The notes under the pieces: generated by a model
Databases searched by the model: none
Told to the model about the DNA's origin: nothing
What the model saw: the letters and a program-made list of their open reading frames with translations, nothing else
Origin: the human T2T-CHM13v2.0 reference genome, Homo sapiens
Length of the DNA stretch: 64,000 nt
NCBI RefSeq assembly: GCF_009914755.1
Contig: NC_060927.1
Reading direction: 5' to 3' (one strand)
Translations under genes and position numbers: made by a program
Part shown: one piece after another, positions 45,854-59,900 of the stretch
Layout of the letters: each line of letters begins with the position of its first letter
Numbering within the stretch: position 1 is the stretch's first letter

Positions 45854-46097
45854 CAGGCTTGTCCAATCTGTGGCATGCATGCGGCCCAGGATGGCTTTGA
45901 ATGTGGCCCAAAACAAATTTGTAAACTTTCTTAAAACATTTTTTTGTGTGGCATTTTTTTGTGAGTTTTTTTGTGTGACTTTTTTTTTTCTTTTAGCTCA
46001 TCAGCTGTCATTCGTGTTAGTATATTTTATGTGTGGCCCAAGACGGTTCTTCTTCTTCCAGTGTGGCCCAGGGAATCCAAAAGATTGGACACCCCTG
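45854..46097. mobile_element. MER30 hAT-Charlie DNA transposon nested in the MLT1 LTR
   Basis: Termini caggcttgtcc.../...ggacacccctg. Degenerate 8-bp TSD atctaaaa / gtctaaac. Confidence 0.85.
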
Positions 46098-46280
46098 GTC
46101 TAAACAATAGTGGGCTATTCAGGGGAAGTAGGCAGCTTTGTTCTGAAAGGTCCTCCAGGACCTAGGCCCCTTCTCTGTTGTTGCTCCAGCATCTCCTAGG
46201 GTGATATTATTGTCTGTATCATGCTGTCATTCCAGCCCACAGGAGGGTAAGTGGGATATCCAAGGCAGGTGACTGCATCT

Positions 46281-46574
<294 letters not shown>

Positions 46575-48454
46575 TGTTTGTGTCATTTCTAGCCATATCC
46601 CATTGGTTGCAGACTTAAAACTTGGCCACATGGATCTGGAAGAGAGGTTGGAAAAGTAGCTCAGCAGCAATGTATGTAGTTAAACTCAAGGATGCCATAC
46701 CAAAACAAAGAAAGGGAGAATAAATAGGCAGAGACAGTTAGGAGTCTCTGCTGTCAGATGCCTCCATGTGTCCATGCACTCCCCTCTTCCCATGTAGAGA
46801 ACATACTCATCCTTCCTCAATGGAGAAAACTCAAAGTCCTGTCCAATTAATGCATCCAGCTCAAAATCCAGAATCTCTGGGCTCTATCAGATCTTTGTGG
46901 CTCTCTGAAAGTAATTTCTTTGATTATTGTTTGTGGCTTTTGGCTTTGTCCTCTGGAAAGCTCTTTTTTTGGTCCATTATTCCCAGTGACCACACCTGAA
47001 GTGGTTGTTGGACATTTCACTTTCTGCTTGATGCTGATTTGGGAACCTGAAGATTACTTTAGGGATCAAGCAGTCTTAATCCTTGGTAGAAGCGTTTTGT
47101 AGTATCTTGGCAATACGCTTCCCTCAAATGCTTAATAGTCTTTTGGTCTATTTACATCAGGTAGGTTCCATGGAAATGTAGCCATGCCAAAATATTTCTC
47201 CTTCTGCTTATGGTTCTTATACCTGTTGAATCTCCTCTTTACTTTACCAGCTTGGGTACCCATCCCAGATTTTCTCAATTTAGTGGTATCCACATTGATG
47301 CCATCTGAAAAAAGTAGGCCTGGGAAGGAAAATATCACCCTTAACCTAATTTTTGCTGCTAGACTGGCTCTGAAGCACATTTTATTTCCTGCCATTTGGA
47401 TTCAGAAGCAACCTGAGGCTTCAAATTTCTGGATTCTCATTAAATTTATATTGCAGGCCTCGGGCAGAGAAACTCCCTTAGCAGAGCTCTTGTCCCTTCC
47501 ATCTCTGCTTGCAAACCAGCTAATTCTTTATATCTCGCTTGTGCCATCCTACACTCAGTAAGGAGCAAGAAACACAGAGTAATGTTCTGATTTTTTTCCA
47601 GCAAATCCCAGGTCATCACAAGCAGTGGTATTGCTGCGGCCACAGGTCACCTGCCTTTTCTGCCTACAGCCTGACCACTAAGTCAGTGCCAATATGTTGT
47701 GCCTTTGTGAATGCAGCACCCCAATTCTTGAGCTAATTTCTCAATTAGAGGACAAATTAAGTTGCTATAATGAGGAGATCTCAAAATAGAGTGGTTCAAA
47801 CAAGACAATATTTCTTTCTTATTATTAGTCCAGAGTAAGCAGGTGGGCCAGGGCAGGTAGCAGTTCTGATCTACGAGGTTGTCTAGGGACCTGGGTTCCC
47901 TCTATCTTGTTACCTTCTCCCCAGGGAGATGACCTTGACAGTATAGTCAACAGCCAGTTCATCAGCACAGTGGTCACATTGCACCCACAGGAAGAAGCAG
48001 AGCAGGGAGAACAGTTCTGTCTTCATGGAGGTGACCTTGAGGTCCCCCTGCTCTAATCTCATTGGCCTGAACTTAGTAATAACAAGGCCCCAGCTATCTG
48101 TGAGGAGCGCTTTTACTCCTGCAAAAACTTAAGGTCTTCTGTAACTAAAAGGAAAACAGAATGACCCTGGGGTAATAGTTAATCATCTCTACCACAGGCA
48201 AATTGGCTACCTATTTGGGAGGAAAAGACCATTTTGTATCCTCATGTCATATAATGTGTCAAAATAAATTCAAATAAACAAAATGGTTAAATATTTAGCT
48301 GAGAAACAATATATGGGGGTATTTATCTGATCTCCACATGGGAAAGATATTTTTTCCAAGCATGAAAATAAAGGAAAATCATAAAGAGAAAGGTAGATAG
48401 ATTTGAGGAAGAAGAAGTCAGAGAAATGTTTTCTTGCATCTTCCAGCAACTGCA

Positions 48455-48708
48455 GTTGCTGCCTTTGAAAACAGAGGAAGAGGGCCCTGAGCCAACGAAT
48501 GCGGGCGGCCACTACAAGCTGGAAAATCAGGGAAACAGATTCTCTTCTAGAGCCTCTTGAAAGGAACCCAGCCTTGCCAACACCTTGATTTTAGCCCTAG
48601 AGTCCCATGTTGGACTTCTGATTTATGGAACTGTAAGATGACGCGTATGTATTATTTTAACCACTGAGTTTGTGGTAATTTGTTATAGCAGGACTAGGAA
48701 ACTAGTCA
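48455..48708 (+). mobile_element. MLT1C/D LTR 3' half
   Basis: aagctggaaaa...aacagattctcttctagagcctc...caacaccttgattttagccc...tttgtggtaatttgttatagca. Confidence 0.8.
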
Positions 48709-48719
48709 CCAAGTTTTGC

Positions 48720-49095
<376 letters not shown>

Positions 49096-49849
49096 TAGTG
49101 ATGCTCTGTGCTGATGAAGCAGACACTGTCAGCTACTACTGATGGGAATGTAAATTACTACTAATCCTCCTGAAAAACAGTTTGCGAGTATATTTCCTAA
49201 GATCTAGAGTGTTCACACATTTTAACTTACTGACCCTAAAATAATTTTGAAAGTAGCTAATATTCACATACAAAGATTGTCACACCAGCATTATTAATAT
49301 TAGCAAATAAGTTGTTGGAAACAACTATCCAACATTAGGAAAATGGTTAAATGAGATTTTATATATCTGTATAATATAATATCACAAAACCATTAACAAT
49401 TATTATAAAGAATAATGAAATGAGAAAATGCTTGATAGACCATAAAATGACTTAGTGCATAAGCTGTATATTCAGTATGGTATCTGTGGTTACCTATGTA
49501 CGATTAAGTATTGATTGATCAAGAGAGTGAGAGATGCATTAGGAAAAAAACTGAAGAAAAGACTGGAAAATCAAAATATTAGTAGTGGTTGTCTGAATTG
49601 GGGTATTCCATTTATAGATGATTTTTTTTCTTCTTTATGCATTTCTTTTCAAAATTTTCTACTATGAATATGTATTAATATATACTCTTAAACAAAAAGA
49701 CAAAATAAAAGTTATGTGACAAGAAACAAGGAATGAAACAAAATGAGGGGAGGTAGACATCTTTCAGACCAGGACTAAGGCCATTTTTCCCCTGTGCATT
49801 GCTGAGAGATTATTGTATATGACCTTAATAAAAATCTTGTGAGAGAAAC

Positions 49850-50450
49850 TGGGCTTGTTGGCTCACACTTGTAATCCCAGCACTTTGGAAGGCTGAGGTG
49901 GGTGGATTGCTTGAGGCCAGGAGTTCAAGAGCAGCCTGGCTAACATGGTGAAACCCCATCTCTACTAAAAATATAAAAATTAGCCGGGCGTGGTGGGGTG
50001 TGCCTGTAGTCCCAGCTACTCAGGAGGTGAGGCAGGAGAATAGTTTGAACCCAGGAGACAGAGGTTGCAGTGAGCTGAAATCACACCACTGCACTCCAGC
50101 CTGGGCAACAGAGTGAGTGAGATTCTGTCCCCCCCAAAAAAAAAAATATTGTGAGAGGCCAGCCTCTGTGGCTTATGCCTATAATCCTAGCACTTTCGGA
50201 GGCCAAGGCAGGAGGATCACTTGAGGCCAGGAGGACTAGCCTGGGTAACATAGCAAGACCCTGTCTCTACAAAAAATTTAAAAATTAGGTGTGCTAGTGT
50301 GTGCCTGTAGTCCCAGCTACTTGAGAGGCTGAAGTGGGAGGATCACTTGAGCCCAGAGGTCGAGGCTGCAGTGAGCTGCCTTCGTGCCACTGCATTCCAG
50401 CCTGGGAGACAGAGCAAGACCCTGCCTCAAAAAAAAAAAAAAAAAAAAAA
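49850..50450 (+). mobile_element. Two tandem Alus (AluS ~49850-50141, AluJ ~50157-50445)
   Basis: Two sense dimers separated and flanked by three copies of an aaaaatcttgtgaga-like target sequence. Confidence 0.88.
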
Positions 50451-52084
50451 TCCTGTGAGACAGAAAGTATCTTTGGAGAAATTGAAACAGAAAGAGAATG
50501 TGATTTTCTAAAGATTATATGGTTAATAAATTTAGTTAAGACTAGAAGCTAAGCCCTGTGATAGCTAATCTAATATTATTTTCACTGTATTTTTTTATGT
50601 ATTTTCTATAGCTGGTACTTGGTAAGTTATTAAAAGCTTCTTTAGGGCCAAGACTGTAATGTTCATCTTCATATTCCCTTTAGTGCCTAGCTGCAGGTGC
50701 CTTGACCATAGCAGATACTCAATAGATATTTTTAATTGAATCATTATTGACCAAAATTAATAAAGGATACAAAAATAAAATAGATTTTTGTGAAAGAAAA
50801 CTGAGGCTGTGATACCAAAGTTTTTGGAATGCTCATTACTTTTCCACCACCACCTCTATTTCTCTTTTCCTGTCTTCCTTTTTCCTGTAGTTAATTCATA
50901 ACATCTCTAACCCTCTTTATTGCCCACCTTTTCTTGGGCTAAATAAAGGAAAACTATTTCCAGCACTTTTGCCATTTTCAACATCAAAAAAATCCTATAA
51001 ACACATGACTTTTTTTTAAAGTTTTTTTTTTTTAAAGAATATGAGCTAAGAGTTTATTTTGATATGGCATAATTAGGAATTGGGAGAAAGTTTCTGAACT
51101 ATTGACCTAATGAGTTTTGGAGGTAAGTATTTTTATGTATTCTAAATTACTTCATATTAAAAATATATAGAATTTAAATTCTGAATACTAGAATAGCACT
51201 GAGGAAGTATCTGCCAGATTTCTAAAAAGCCAACTCGAATGTTAGCATCAATGTTAGTCATAATAAACTAGAGGTTTATAAAGCAGGTTGATTAACAGAA
51301 TAAAAATATTCTGTACTGTGTGCCTTTGGATTTAAGGAACATTGGATTTTCTTAACAATCAGTAATTTTTTTTATTATTAACAGAGAACCTTCAGAATGG
51401 GATCATGTGAGAGAGTAGAGATTTGTGGACTGATGAAATTAGCTATAATTTTGATTTCTAGTTCTGGCTGAGCCATTAGCTAGTTGTATGACTGGAGCTC
51501 CCTCCAATACTTTTTAAAGAAAGGAAAGTTATAAAATTATAAATGTGATTTTACATGTGTTATTAACTTTCTGGAAGGGGTTGGGTTATCTAGGTGAGGT
51601 CTGAAGTCACTTCTGGCTCTAAAGATTTTAATTCTAAAACATCATATTATTTAAGTAGAAATAATTTAGGAGTCATAGGTATTTCTTCCAGGATATTAGA
51701 AAGCAAAAGGTTAGGATACCAGAATATTAAATGCAAGCTAAAATGTCAACTACATTAGAAGATGTGAACTGTAGATCTTCAATTTGAACTTCAGCTATTG
51801 GCATTTGTCTGAAAAGCTATAGTCAATTGAATGATACAGAAAGAAATGCAGCTGTGCACCAGCTCCATCCCACGCACCCCTGCAGGCATTGTCCTCTGTG
51901 GGCAGGGGCACTAATCGAGGGCAGTGGGACTCTGCAGCGCACCTGGGGCTGAGCCTGGCTGGGTCCTCTCCTATTCCTGCCACAGGCTAGAAGTCTCAGC
52001 AGTGCTGATGCTAGTGGGCAGCACCAGGTCTCCCTCTCTAGTCTCCACCATTCCTGCTCTGCCAATGCAGGAGAAGTTCCCCTC

Positions 52085-52444
52085 TGATATGGTTTGGCTG
52101 TGTCCCCACCCAAATCTCATCTTGAACTGTAGTTCCCATAATCCCCACATGTGGGAGAGACCTGGTGGGAGGTAATTGAATCGGGGGTGGTTACCCCCAT
52201 GCTGCTGTTCTTGTGATAGTGTGTGAGTGTCGTGAGATCTGATGGTTTTATAAAGGGCATTTCCCCTGCACACACTGTCTTGCCTGCCGCCATGTAAGGC
52301 ATGCCTTTACTCCTCCTTCGCTTTCCACCATGATTCTGAGGCCTTCCAGCCATGTGGAACTGTGAGTCCATTAAACTTCTTTTTCTTTATAAATTACTCA
52401 GTCTCGGGTATGTCTTTATTAGCAGCAGAGAATGGACTAATACA
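52085..52444 (+). mobile_element. THE1 solo LTR (ERVL-MaLR), intact
   Basis: TGATATGGTTTGGCTGTGTCCCCACCCAAATCTCATCTTGAA...GGACTAATACA. Perfect 5-bp TSD CCCTC at 52080-52084 and 52445-52449. Confidence 0.93.
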
Positions 52445-52927
52445 CCCTCTCTCATTCACTTTTCCATCTGGCTTGTGGGGATGGGATGAGCCAGGCTTCA
52501 GAAGTAGACAGAGGCTAGGTAAGGAGGAAAAAAAGGGAAAAGGAGAAAGACTTCAGAGAAGAGGGAAGAAAAGGGAGTTGGCGGCCGTGGGTTGGGAGGT
52601 GGATGGAGAAACAGGAGAGAGTTAAGGAGTCAGTATGAGGAGACTGGGCTGAAGGAGGAGGCACACATCTGCTTCCTGACAGATCTCTCACAGCTTGACC
52701 TGCAGAGGTGCAAGAGAAATGCAGTCCATTAACTGTGAGGATACACGTGCTTTCATCAGGTGTGGAGTTTCGGGTAAGGAGGCAAGAGTCAGACCCCTTG
52801 AATTAACTAGTCCATTACTGGACAACTGCCTTTCTGCTCCAGAGCTTATTGCCCAGAAGACAAAACTGCCTCCTCACACTCCTAACTTCTGCCCACCCTT
52901 CCCAAGTCCACTGTGCTTGAGACAGTT

Positions 52928-53027
52928 ATGTCACATTGGCCTTGCTTTTAAAACACCCTAAAACATCCTTTTTTAAAATGTCACATTGGCCTTGCTTTTA
53001 AAGCACCCTAAAACATCTTTTTTTAAA
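52928..53027. repeat. 50-bp tandem duplication
   Basis: atgtcacattggccttgcttttaaa(a/g)caccctaaaacatc(c/t)ttttttaaa x2, 2 mismatches. Confidence 0.92.
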
Positions 53028-55731
53028 AGCTTTATTTTGAGAATATTAGTCATCTTGTTTTTTGTATTACTGAATTTAAACTTGTTAAAATTTATCAATA
53101 GAACTGATCTGATGTATGCATTTGGATAACTTTGTGAAGTTTTGGAAACACAGTTTAGTTGCATATTTCAGTGACTGCATGTCCCTGTACTGGGCCCAGT
53201 CTGTGAGTTCCCGAGAGCATCCACACTGCCTTAGCGCTATGGGAGTGAGGCCTGTGGGGACTGCTGCCATGATCCTGACCTACAAGGACCTTAACTTTTA
53301 CCTAGCAAAACAAAACTGAGGCATGTAATGATGACAAACAATTAATATTAAACTGTGTGGTTGACTTCACTGTACTGAAGATTATGAATCCCCCTCCTTC
53401 GTTTTTCTTTGTCGTTTTTAATAGTCAGCCCAGATCAACAGGTACTAGTTTCTGAGAGCCAGCTTCTTTCATAAGTGCTTAGAAAGCATTAGGATAATCG
53501 TGAGTCGCATTTTATCTTTTAATGTGTGAAAGTGGAGAGACTTTTTAGTTCAGACTGTTCATTTAAGCTGGATGTTTTTTCTTTTCAGTTCACTTCGCTA
53601 AGCTTATATAGCTAATTTTTATTCCTGCATCTGTTTCTTCTAGAAATAGTCTAAATCTAGATTTCGATTTCCTCATGAGTCTGACTTCCATGCTGAACAC
53701 TCCACTGAAACTGCTTCTACTCAGACCACAAATGACCTCTTCTTTGCTGAATCTGGTGGTTACATTTCAGTTATTATAAACGATCTTTCTGTTTGATGTG
53801 ATGTTGTTGACCACTTGCTCTTATGTTCTTGGAACTCGTCTCTCTTTAGTTGCCGTGATACCAGTCTTTCCTCTTTTGCTTTTTTTCTGCCTTGTAATGG
53901 CTCCTTCTCAATCATCTTGCTCGACTCCCATTCCTCTATTTTTAAAATGTTGTTATTCTCTAGTGTTTCTTCCCCACCCCAATCCACCTACAACTTATAT
54001 TTCTCAGCTCAGACTGCTTTTCTTAGCTTCTGGCCTATATTAGCCACATGTTAGATGTTTGCACAGAGTTATGGGTGCCCTCCAGTATCCACCCCCTCTC
54101 CTTGCCATATATATTGTATCACCTTAACGGTTCTCCAGACCATCCGCCCTCCACCTCCCCACTGTGTTGCCAGTACCACTTTAAACCATGCCATAGAGTC
54201 CCTGTCCTGGATTCCATGCCTGAGGGTGTCCCATTCTGGCTTTCTTTCAGCCTTGCCCTTCCATGTGGGTTGAGGATTTCATAGGGCCAAGGGGATGTGC
54301 ACACCCTGCCCTCTACCCTCTAGTCTTATGCACTAGCTACACAAGACCCCAGAAATAGGCCTTACAACAAGCCTGTTTCCCAGGCCTGCTCTTCCAAGAG
54401 TAGGCTGCATCCCTGCTGTGTACTTCCTAGGCCTAAGGGATAGCTAAGGGGCAGCTGTTTGGAGGGGATAGTTGGAGCTTAGATGGAGTTGGACCTTCAG
54501 CTCCACATGCATATATGCAAAGCCCTGATATATAGGCCAGGGCCAGAGGTCAGAAGAGAAGAAGGACATGCAGAGACCTCCATCTGTACTCTTGTCATAG
54601 GCAGCATAAGCATAGGGCAAGGCCTAACTATTGCCTTCTTTTTCTTTATATTCCTGCTACAGTGCTAGTATCACTGTACTTTTAGGGATTCTTAAGGGCA
54701 AGGGCTTTAGCTTTTTAATTTTACATTCTCATTTGCCTGTCACAGTGCCTACCCAACACATGGTGACTACTCAATATATGTTTGTTGAATTAAGTAATAA
54801 ATGCATAGTTACCATTTTATAATTATTTTATTTCCTTTATTATCATTTTAAAGAGGTTATGGTAATGTTCATATGATTTTATGATGTCTTAGGGTCAATA
54901 TTTTTCCAGAAAAAATGTATCTCTAATTTGCATTCCTATTAAATGGAAAAATTAGACTTAATGTATAAAGCAGAATTTTATTTTTACATATCTTTTTACA
55001 GATTTATTTCGTAAAATGATGTTTGTTAATGGTAGGTGGTAGAAAATAGTGTCAGGCAAACATGACAATCTTAATATTACAGATTACTGTAACATCACAG
55101 TCCCCAGGACAACAGTGCTTATGACCAGTTGTAACACATTAGAAGCTGCTGAACCCTGAGGGACGCTAGGATATAAGTGTCAGAAGGAGCAGGACTAAGT
55201 TCTGGAAAACTACAAAGTGCTGGGAGGAGTGGGACTGGGTTTCCCTGCCAGGTTTCTCATGAATTCAGAGGATAACTAGTTCTCCTACTGAGCTTGTTTA
55301 TGAAGAGTGTATGTATGATGACTTTTAATACAAAAGCATGTAATTATCTAAAATTGGAGTAACTTTGCAACACCACATAAGCTTATTTTAATTCCTGAGA
55401 TGGTTTTTAACTCTAACTTATATGCCCTAGATTGGCCTCCCAAGTTCAAGGACCTTTAAACCAAGAACCCATCTGAAGTGTCCCTGGTGCTATTCCTTCT
55501 TTGGATACTACTTTAACACGTACTGTATCGTAGTGAGAAATGTTCTGGTCTAAGAGTCAAGTAAACTGGATTTGGATGGCCCTTAAATTATCTGAAACTC
55601 ACACATTCTCTGACTCTTAGGTCAGACTCTGCTGCTTGGGTAATAGTCTATTTGTGATTCCACTGAGAGGTGACAAAGAGTTAAGCCATGGCAATAATTT
55701 GAGTTTTATACCTTAACTATGAGGAGCTTCA

Positions 55732-55936
55732 CTTTGCTTCTCTTCTCTTCTCTTCTTTCTTTCTCTTTCTTTCTTTCCTGTCTTTCCTTTCCTTTCTTTT
55801 CTTTCTCTTTCTTTCTTTCTTTCTTTTTCCTTCCCTCCCTCCCTCTCGTCTTTCCTTCCTTCCTTCCCTCCCTCCCTTCCTTTCTTCCTTTCCTTTCCTT
55901 TCTTTTTTTTTCCTTCTTTTTTTTTTTTTTTTTTTT
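55732..55936. repeat. Complex polypyrimidine microsatellite (CTTCT/CTTT/CCTT/T)n derived from an Alu tail
   Basis: About 200 bp almost purely C/T on the + strand. Confidence 0.9.
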
Positions 55937-56217
55937 GAGACAAAATCTTGCTCTGTCGCCCAGGCTGTAGTGCAGTGGCACAATCTCTGCTCACTGCAAC
56001 CTCTGCCTCCCAAGCTCAAGTGATTCTCGCGCCTCAGCCTTCTGAGTAGCTGGGATTACAGGCATGCGTCACCATGCCCAGCTAATTTTTGTATTTTTAG
56101 AGGAGGTGGGGTTTTGTCATGTTGGCCAGGCTGGTCTTGAACTCCTGGCCTCAAGTGATCCACCCACCTCGGCCTCCCAAAGTGCTGGGGTTACAGGCAT
56201 GAGCCACTGTTCCCAGC
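55937..56217 (-). mobile_element. Alu (S/Jb)
   Basis: Antisense dimer. Confidence 0.9.
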
Positions 56218-57519
56218 CAGGAGTCCTGCTTTCTTATCAGTCTTTTTGTTTGTTTGTTTTTGATTTATTTCTTCCATGTTCTCCTTCTACCCTTAACATT
56301 TTTAGACATAGTAAAGTTTACTCATTCCAAGCCTTCTAGTTGACATGAGTCTAATACCTCATTAAAAGTATCAAATATCAAAGCAGTTACTTTATGGGTC
56401 ATCACACACTGTCTCATTGTTGTGCCATCACATGCAATGATTAAAACCACTTAATGACGTTATTGCTGGAACATTTCTGTAATAAAATTGCTGTGGGACA
56501 GCTTTGGTTCCACTGGCTTTTGGAGGACATAAACAGTTTAAATTATTTCTGTCATCTGGAAAATAATTCCCCTTACACAGAGAGATTTTTAAATGTCTTG
56601 AGTTTTTTTAATTTAGTAATATCAATATCAATGACACTTGGAGCTATGTTGCCTTCATATAATTTTTCCAACATAACGAAGCTATGGGCAGCCCTAATTC
56701 ACATATTTCACTTCCCACTCACTTCTGTTTCTACATTAGGGCCCTTCCTCTCCCCACGTGCCTGTTTATTTTTCTCTTCGGCATTCAGCAAACTTTTCTA
56801 ACTGGCTTAAGATGGCAGTTTAAAAAAAAAAAGAGGATTTGAGACTCACATAGTGCTTAGAAAGCAAAACAAGCAGAAGAAAAAGATGAGTTCATATCAT
56901 GAAAATGTCACATGTACTGTCCCTTCCCTTTCCTCTACCTCCAGGGCAAGAGAGGTCGACACATCTCCCTTTCTTGTCTATGCTTTCTTTGGACTTCTGG
57001 CCTCTTTTCTATTTCAAGGCAGCTCTTAAATGTGAATGTGTATATTGGGGGTGAGGGAGTAATGGGAGAAAAGAGTTGGTCAACAAGGAACAGGAGTGCT
57101 AAGGAGAATATTGGGAAAAGGTCAGCAAGAGAACAAATGGAATGGAAAAAAGAAACTGCTTTTCATTAACCCTTACAATTAAAGTCAGAATTAGAGTATG
57201 AGAACTGGAAGGGACTTAGTGGTCCTGTCATTACAGTACCCTAACCTAACAGATGCTCCGTAAATGCATATTCAACTTCAGCTGATCTCCTCATTTCACG
57301 AGGGAAGAAATGGAACCCCACAAAGTTAGGTATTGTTCAGGGCTAGCCCTGAGCTCAGCTGGAACCCAGGTCCTCCGGTTCCTCAACTACCTTTTCTATT
57401 AGAAGATATTTTAATGAGTCTTTCATTTTTTGTATTTCCACCATTTGGCAAAGAGTGGGTATGAAATGTTGAGCTCAACTATAAGGCTGGTGGCACTTAG
57501 TAGGTCTGTTAATGAGTGG

Positions 57520-57790
57520 CAGTCTAGTAGAAGGAGTATGGATTTTGGAATCAGACCTGGATCTAAACTTCAGCTCTGCCTGTCAGCGCTTGGGCAAGTT
57601 TCTTAATCTTTCCAAATCTAGGATTTTTCATCTCAGTAAATGGGGATCATAATAGCTACCACTTAGTGTTGTTATAACAACTAAATGAAGCAAGGTTCTA
57701 AGTACTTACAGGAAGTACTTAGTTTGATGTGTGGCACAAATCATAGGTCACAGTAAATATTTGTGAAATGAATAAATGGTAACTATTACT
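57520..57790 (+). mobile_element. MIR SINE
   Basis: ttttggaatcagacctggatctaaac...ttgggcaagtttcttaatct...catctcagtaaatggggatcataatagctacc (MIR core). Confidence 0.75.
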
Positions 57791-57986
57791 ATGTTTGATC
57801 CTCCCTCATAGGGAGTCAACATACCTGTTTTAGGAGGTAAATCAACATGTCTTTTAGGCATGTCATATTCTTTACAGATATGTATACTTATTGCCATAGT
57901 TAAAAACTGCTGTTTGGCTCATTTCTTTTTGTCTTAGAAAATGCCTGTTTCAAATACCTCACAGCCTTTTAATTTTTAAATTCCAG

Positions 57987-58252
57987 ATTAATTCATGGAG
58001 GACAGATGTTAAATGGATTGGCAGGTCCAACTGTAATGAATGCAGCACCATTTCTCTCTACGACGTGGTTTTCTGCAGATGAAAGGGCCACAGCCACAGC
58101 TATTGCATCAATGCTCAGTTATCTTGGGGGAGCATGTGCATTTTTAGTTGGACCACTTGTTGTTCCAGCTCCCAATGGGACATCACCTCTTCTTGCTGCA
58201 GAGAGCAGCAGGGCGCATATTAAAGATCGCATAGAGGCTGTGTTATATGCAG
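57987..58252 (+). CDS. SLC49A4: SLC49A4 coding exon 3 (266 nt)
   Basis: Acceptor ttccag|ATTAAT and donor GCAG|gtaatt. Encodes [88 protein letters not shown], including the MFS WFxxxERATA motif and an NGT sequon at residue 209 of the spliced protein. Confidence 0.96.
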
Positions 58253-58879
58253 GTAATTTGAAGTTTATTTTCTTCTTGTTATACTTTGTCTTTTATCTCA
58301 ATCATCTTCACTCTACTTTTTGTATAACAGATACCTTCATATGAAATACTTGAGAGGACTAATATGTAAATTTACATGCACTGTGCATTCCTTGTCATAT
58401 GATATAGAGATGCTTAATTAAAACTGAACACTCTTCCTAGGAAGTTAAGTTTTAAATTTATTATTGCCACATGGAGGGGTATTTCTTAATTTTAGTCTTT
58501 TCATCTATTTACGGTTAAGTACTGTATAACACATTTTCTATGTCCTCTCTAGATATCTTATCAGGATATAAAACGTCATGACTGACAATAACCTTTTGTT
58601 AAACATCTATCTGTTGGTAGATGTTAAGCCCGTTTTCTCCCTTGTAGTTTCTCCATTATTAGCCATGTTCTGTAACCTTATTTACCTTGATCATCTACAG
58701 TTTATCCTCATTTCCTACTCTCTGTATGTTTAGTCTGTTATCAGGGATACTGACCTTTCTAAAATATTCTTTGAATTATTTTATTTCTAGAGTCAAGCCC
58801 TGGTCCACTCTTATAGTATAGTCTCCTACGGATTTTCATAGATATAGCCCCTCTCTCTATATCCCTGTTTGTTATTTCC

Positions 58880-59900
58880 TCTGCATTCAGAACACTTTTT
58901 GTAGGTGTTTACTATATGCCAAGCACTGTGCTAAGCACTAGGAATTGGTAAGGTCAACGATGAGACAATTATAATACAAGTAGAGATATACAGAGGTTGG
59001 GAGACCTAACTTGCCTGGGTTTGTAGGGAAGTTGAGGGGGCAGGAAAGGCTTCAACAAGAATGTAATAATTAAAGTTAAGAATTTTGTAGGAGTTCACCA
59101 AGTGTTTGAGTGGTTAGTGTATTCCATACAGAGGGAACAGTAACTGCAAAGGCAGGGAAGGTATGAGAGAGCTCAGTATGTCTAGGGAACTGCAAGTAAT
59201 TGAGTATGGCTGGAGTGGTGTAAATGTTTGTGTTTGGGTATGGGTAACAAGTGGCAGAAAATGAGACTGGAATGATAAGGGACCCAATTATACTGAACCT
59301 TGTTTTAACTTTTTTGTTCACTTATAAATTTCACAAACATGTTTTGAACGCCTATGTATCTGTCACTATGTGAGTCACTGAGATAGGCATGGTTCCTGGT
59401 GTAACAGAACTTACAGTGTCCTGAATGGTACAGACAGGTAAACAATTGTAAAATAGAGCAGGGAGTATTATAAACCAAAGGCCTACAATTGCTCTGAGAG
59501 CTCGGAGAAGGAGCACCTAACCCAGATTTTGGAGGTAAAGTAGAGCTTCCTGGAGATGCAGCTTCTAAATCAGAGCCTGAGGAATGAGAGAACGATGGTT
59601 AAATACAGTAGGCAGGAAGATTACACTGTAGAGAGGAAACTTAAAGGAGAAGTCCAGTGAAGGGAGACACCCTGGTACGTTCAAGCCCAGAGTGGCTTAG
59701 ATCTAGTGAGAGTACTAGTAGGTGAAGCTAGAGAGGAAGGCAAGCCCCACGCAAACCTTCTAAGCAGGCCTGAAGGGTTTAAGGTTCACCACATTGTAGG
59801 CAAAGGCCACACTCTGAAGAACTGTATGTCAGAGAGTTATTTGATGACATTTACATTTCAAAATATGGTTTAGAAGGATTAAAACTGAAAGCAAGGGTAG
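58880..59900 (-). mobile_element. L2 fragments
   Basis: tactatatgccaagcactgtgctaagcact; gagcttcctggagatg; gagcctgaggaatgag. Confidence 0.6.

Noticed and set aside
47184-47561. 125-aa ORF with a hydrophobic N-terminus
   Set aside because: It lies antisense within a decayed MaLR internal region, with no splice or homology evidence for a gene.
55706-56019. K/E/R-rich and F/S/L-rich ORFs
   Set aside because: Translations of the polypyrimidine microsatellite and the adjoining Alu.
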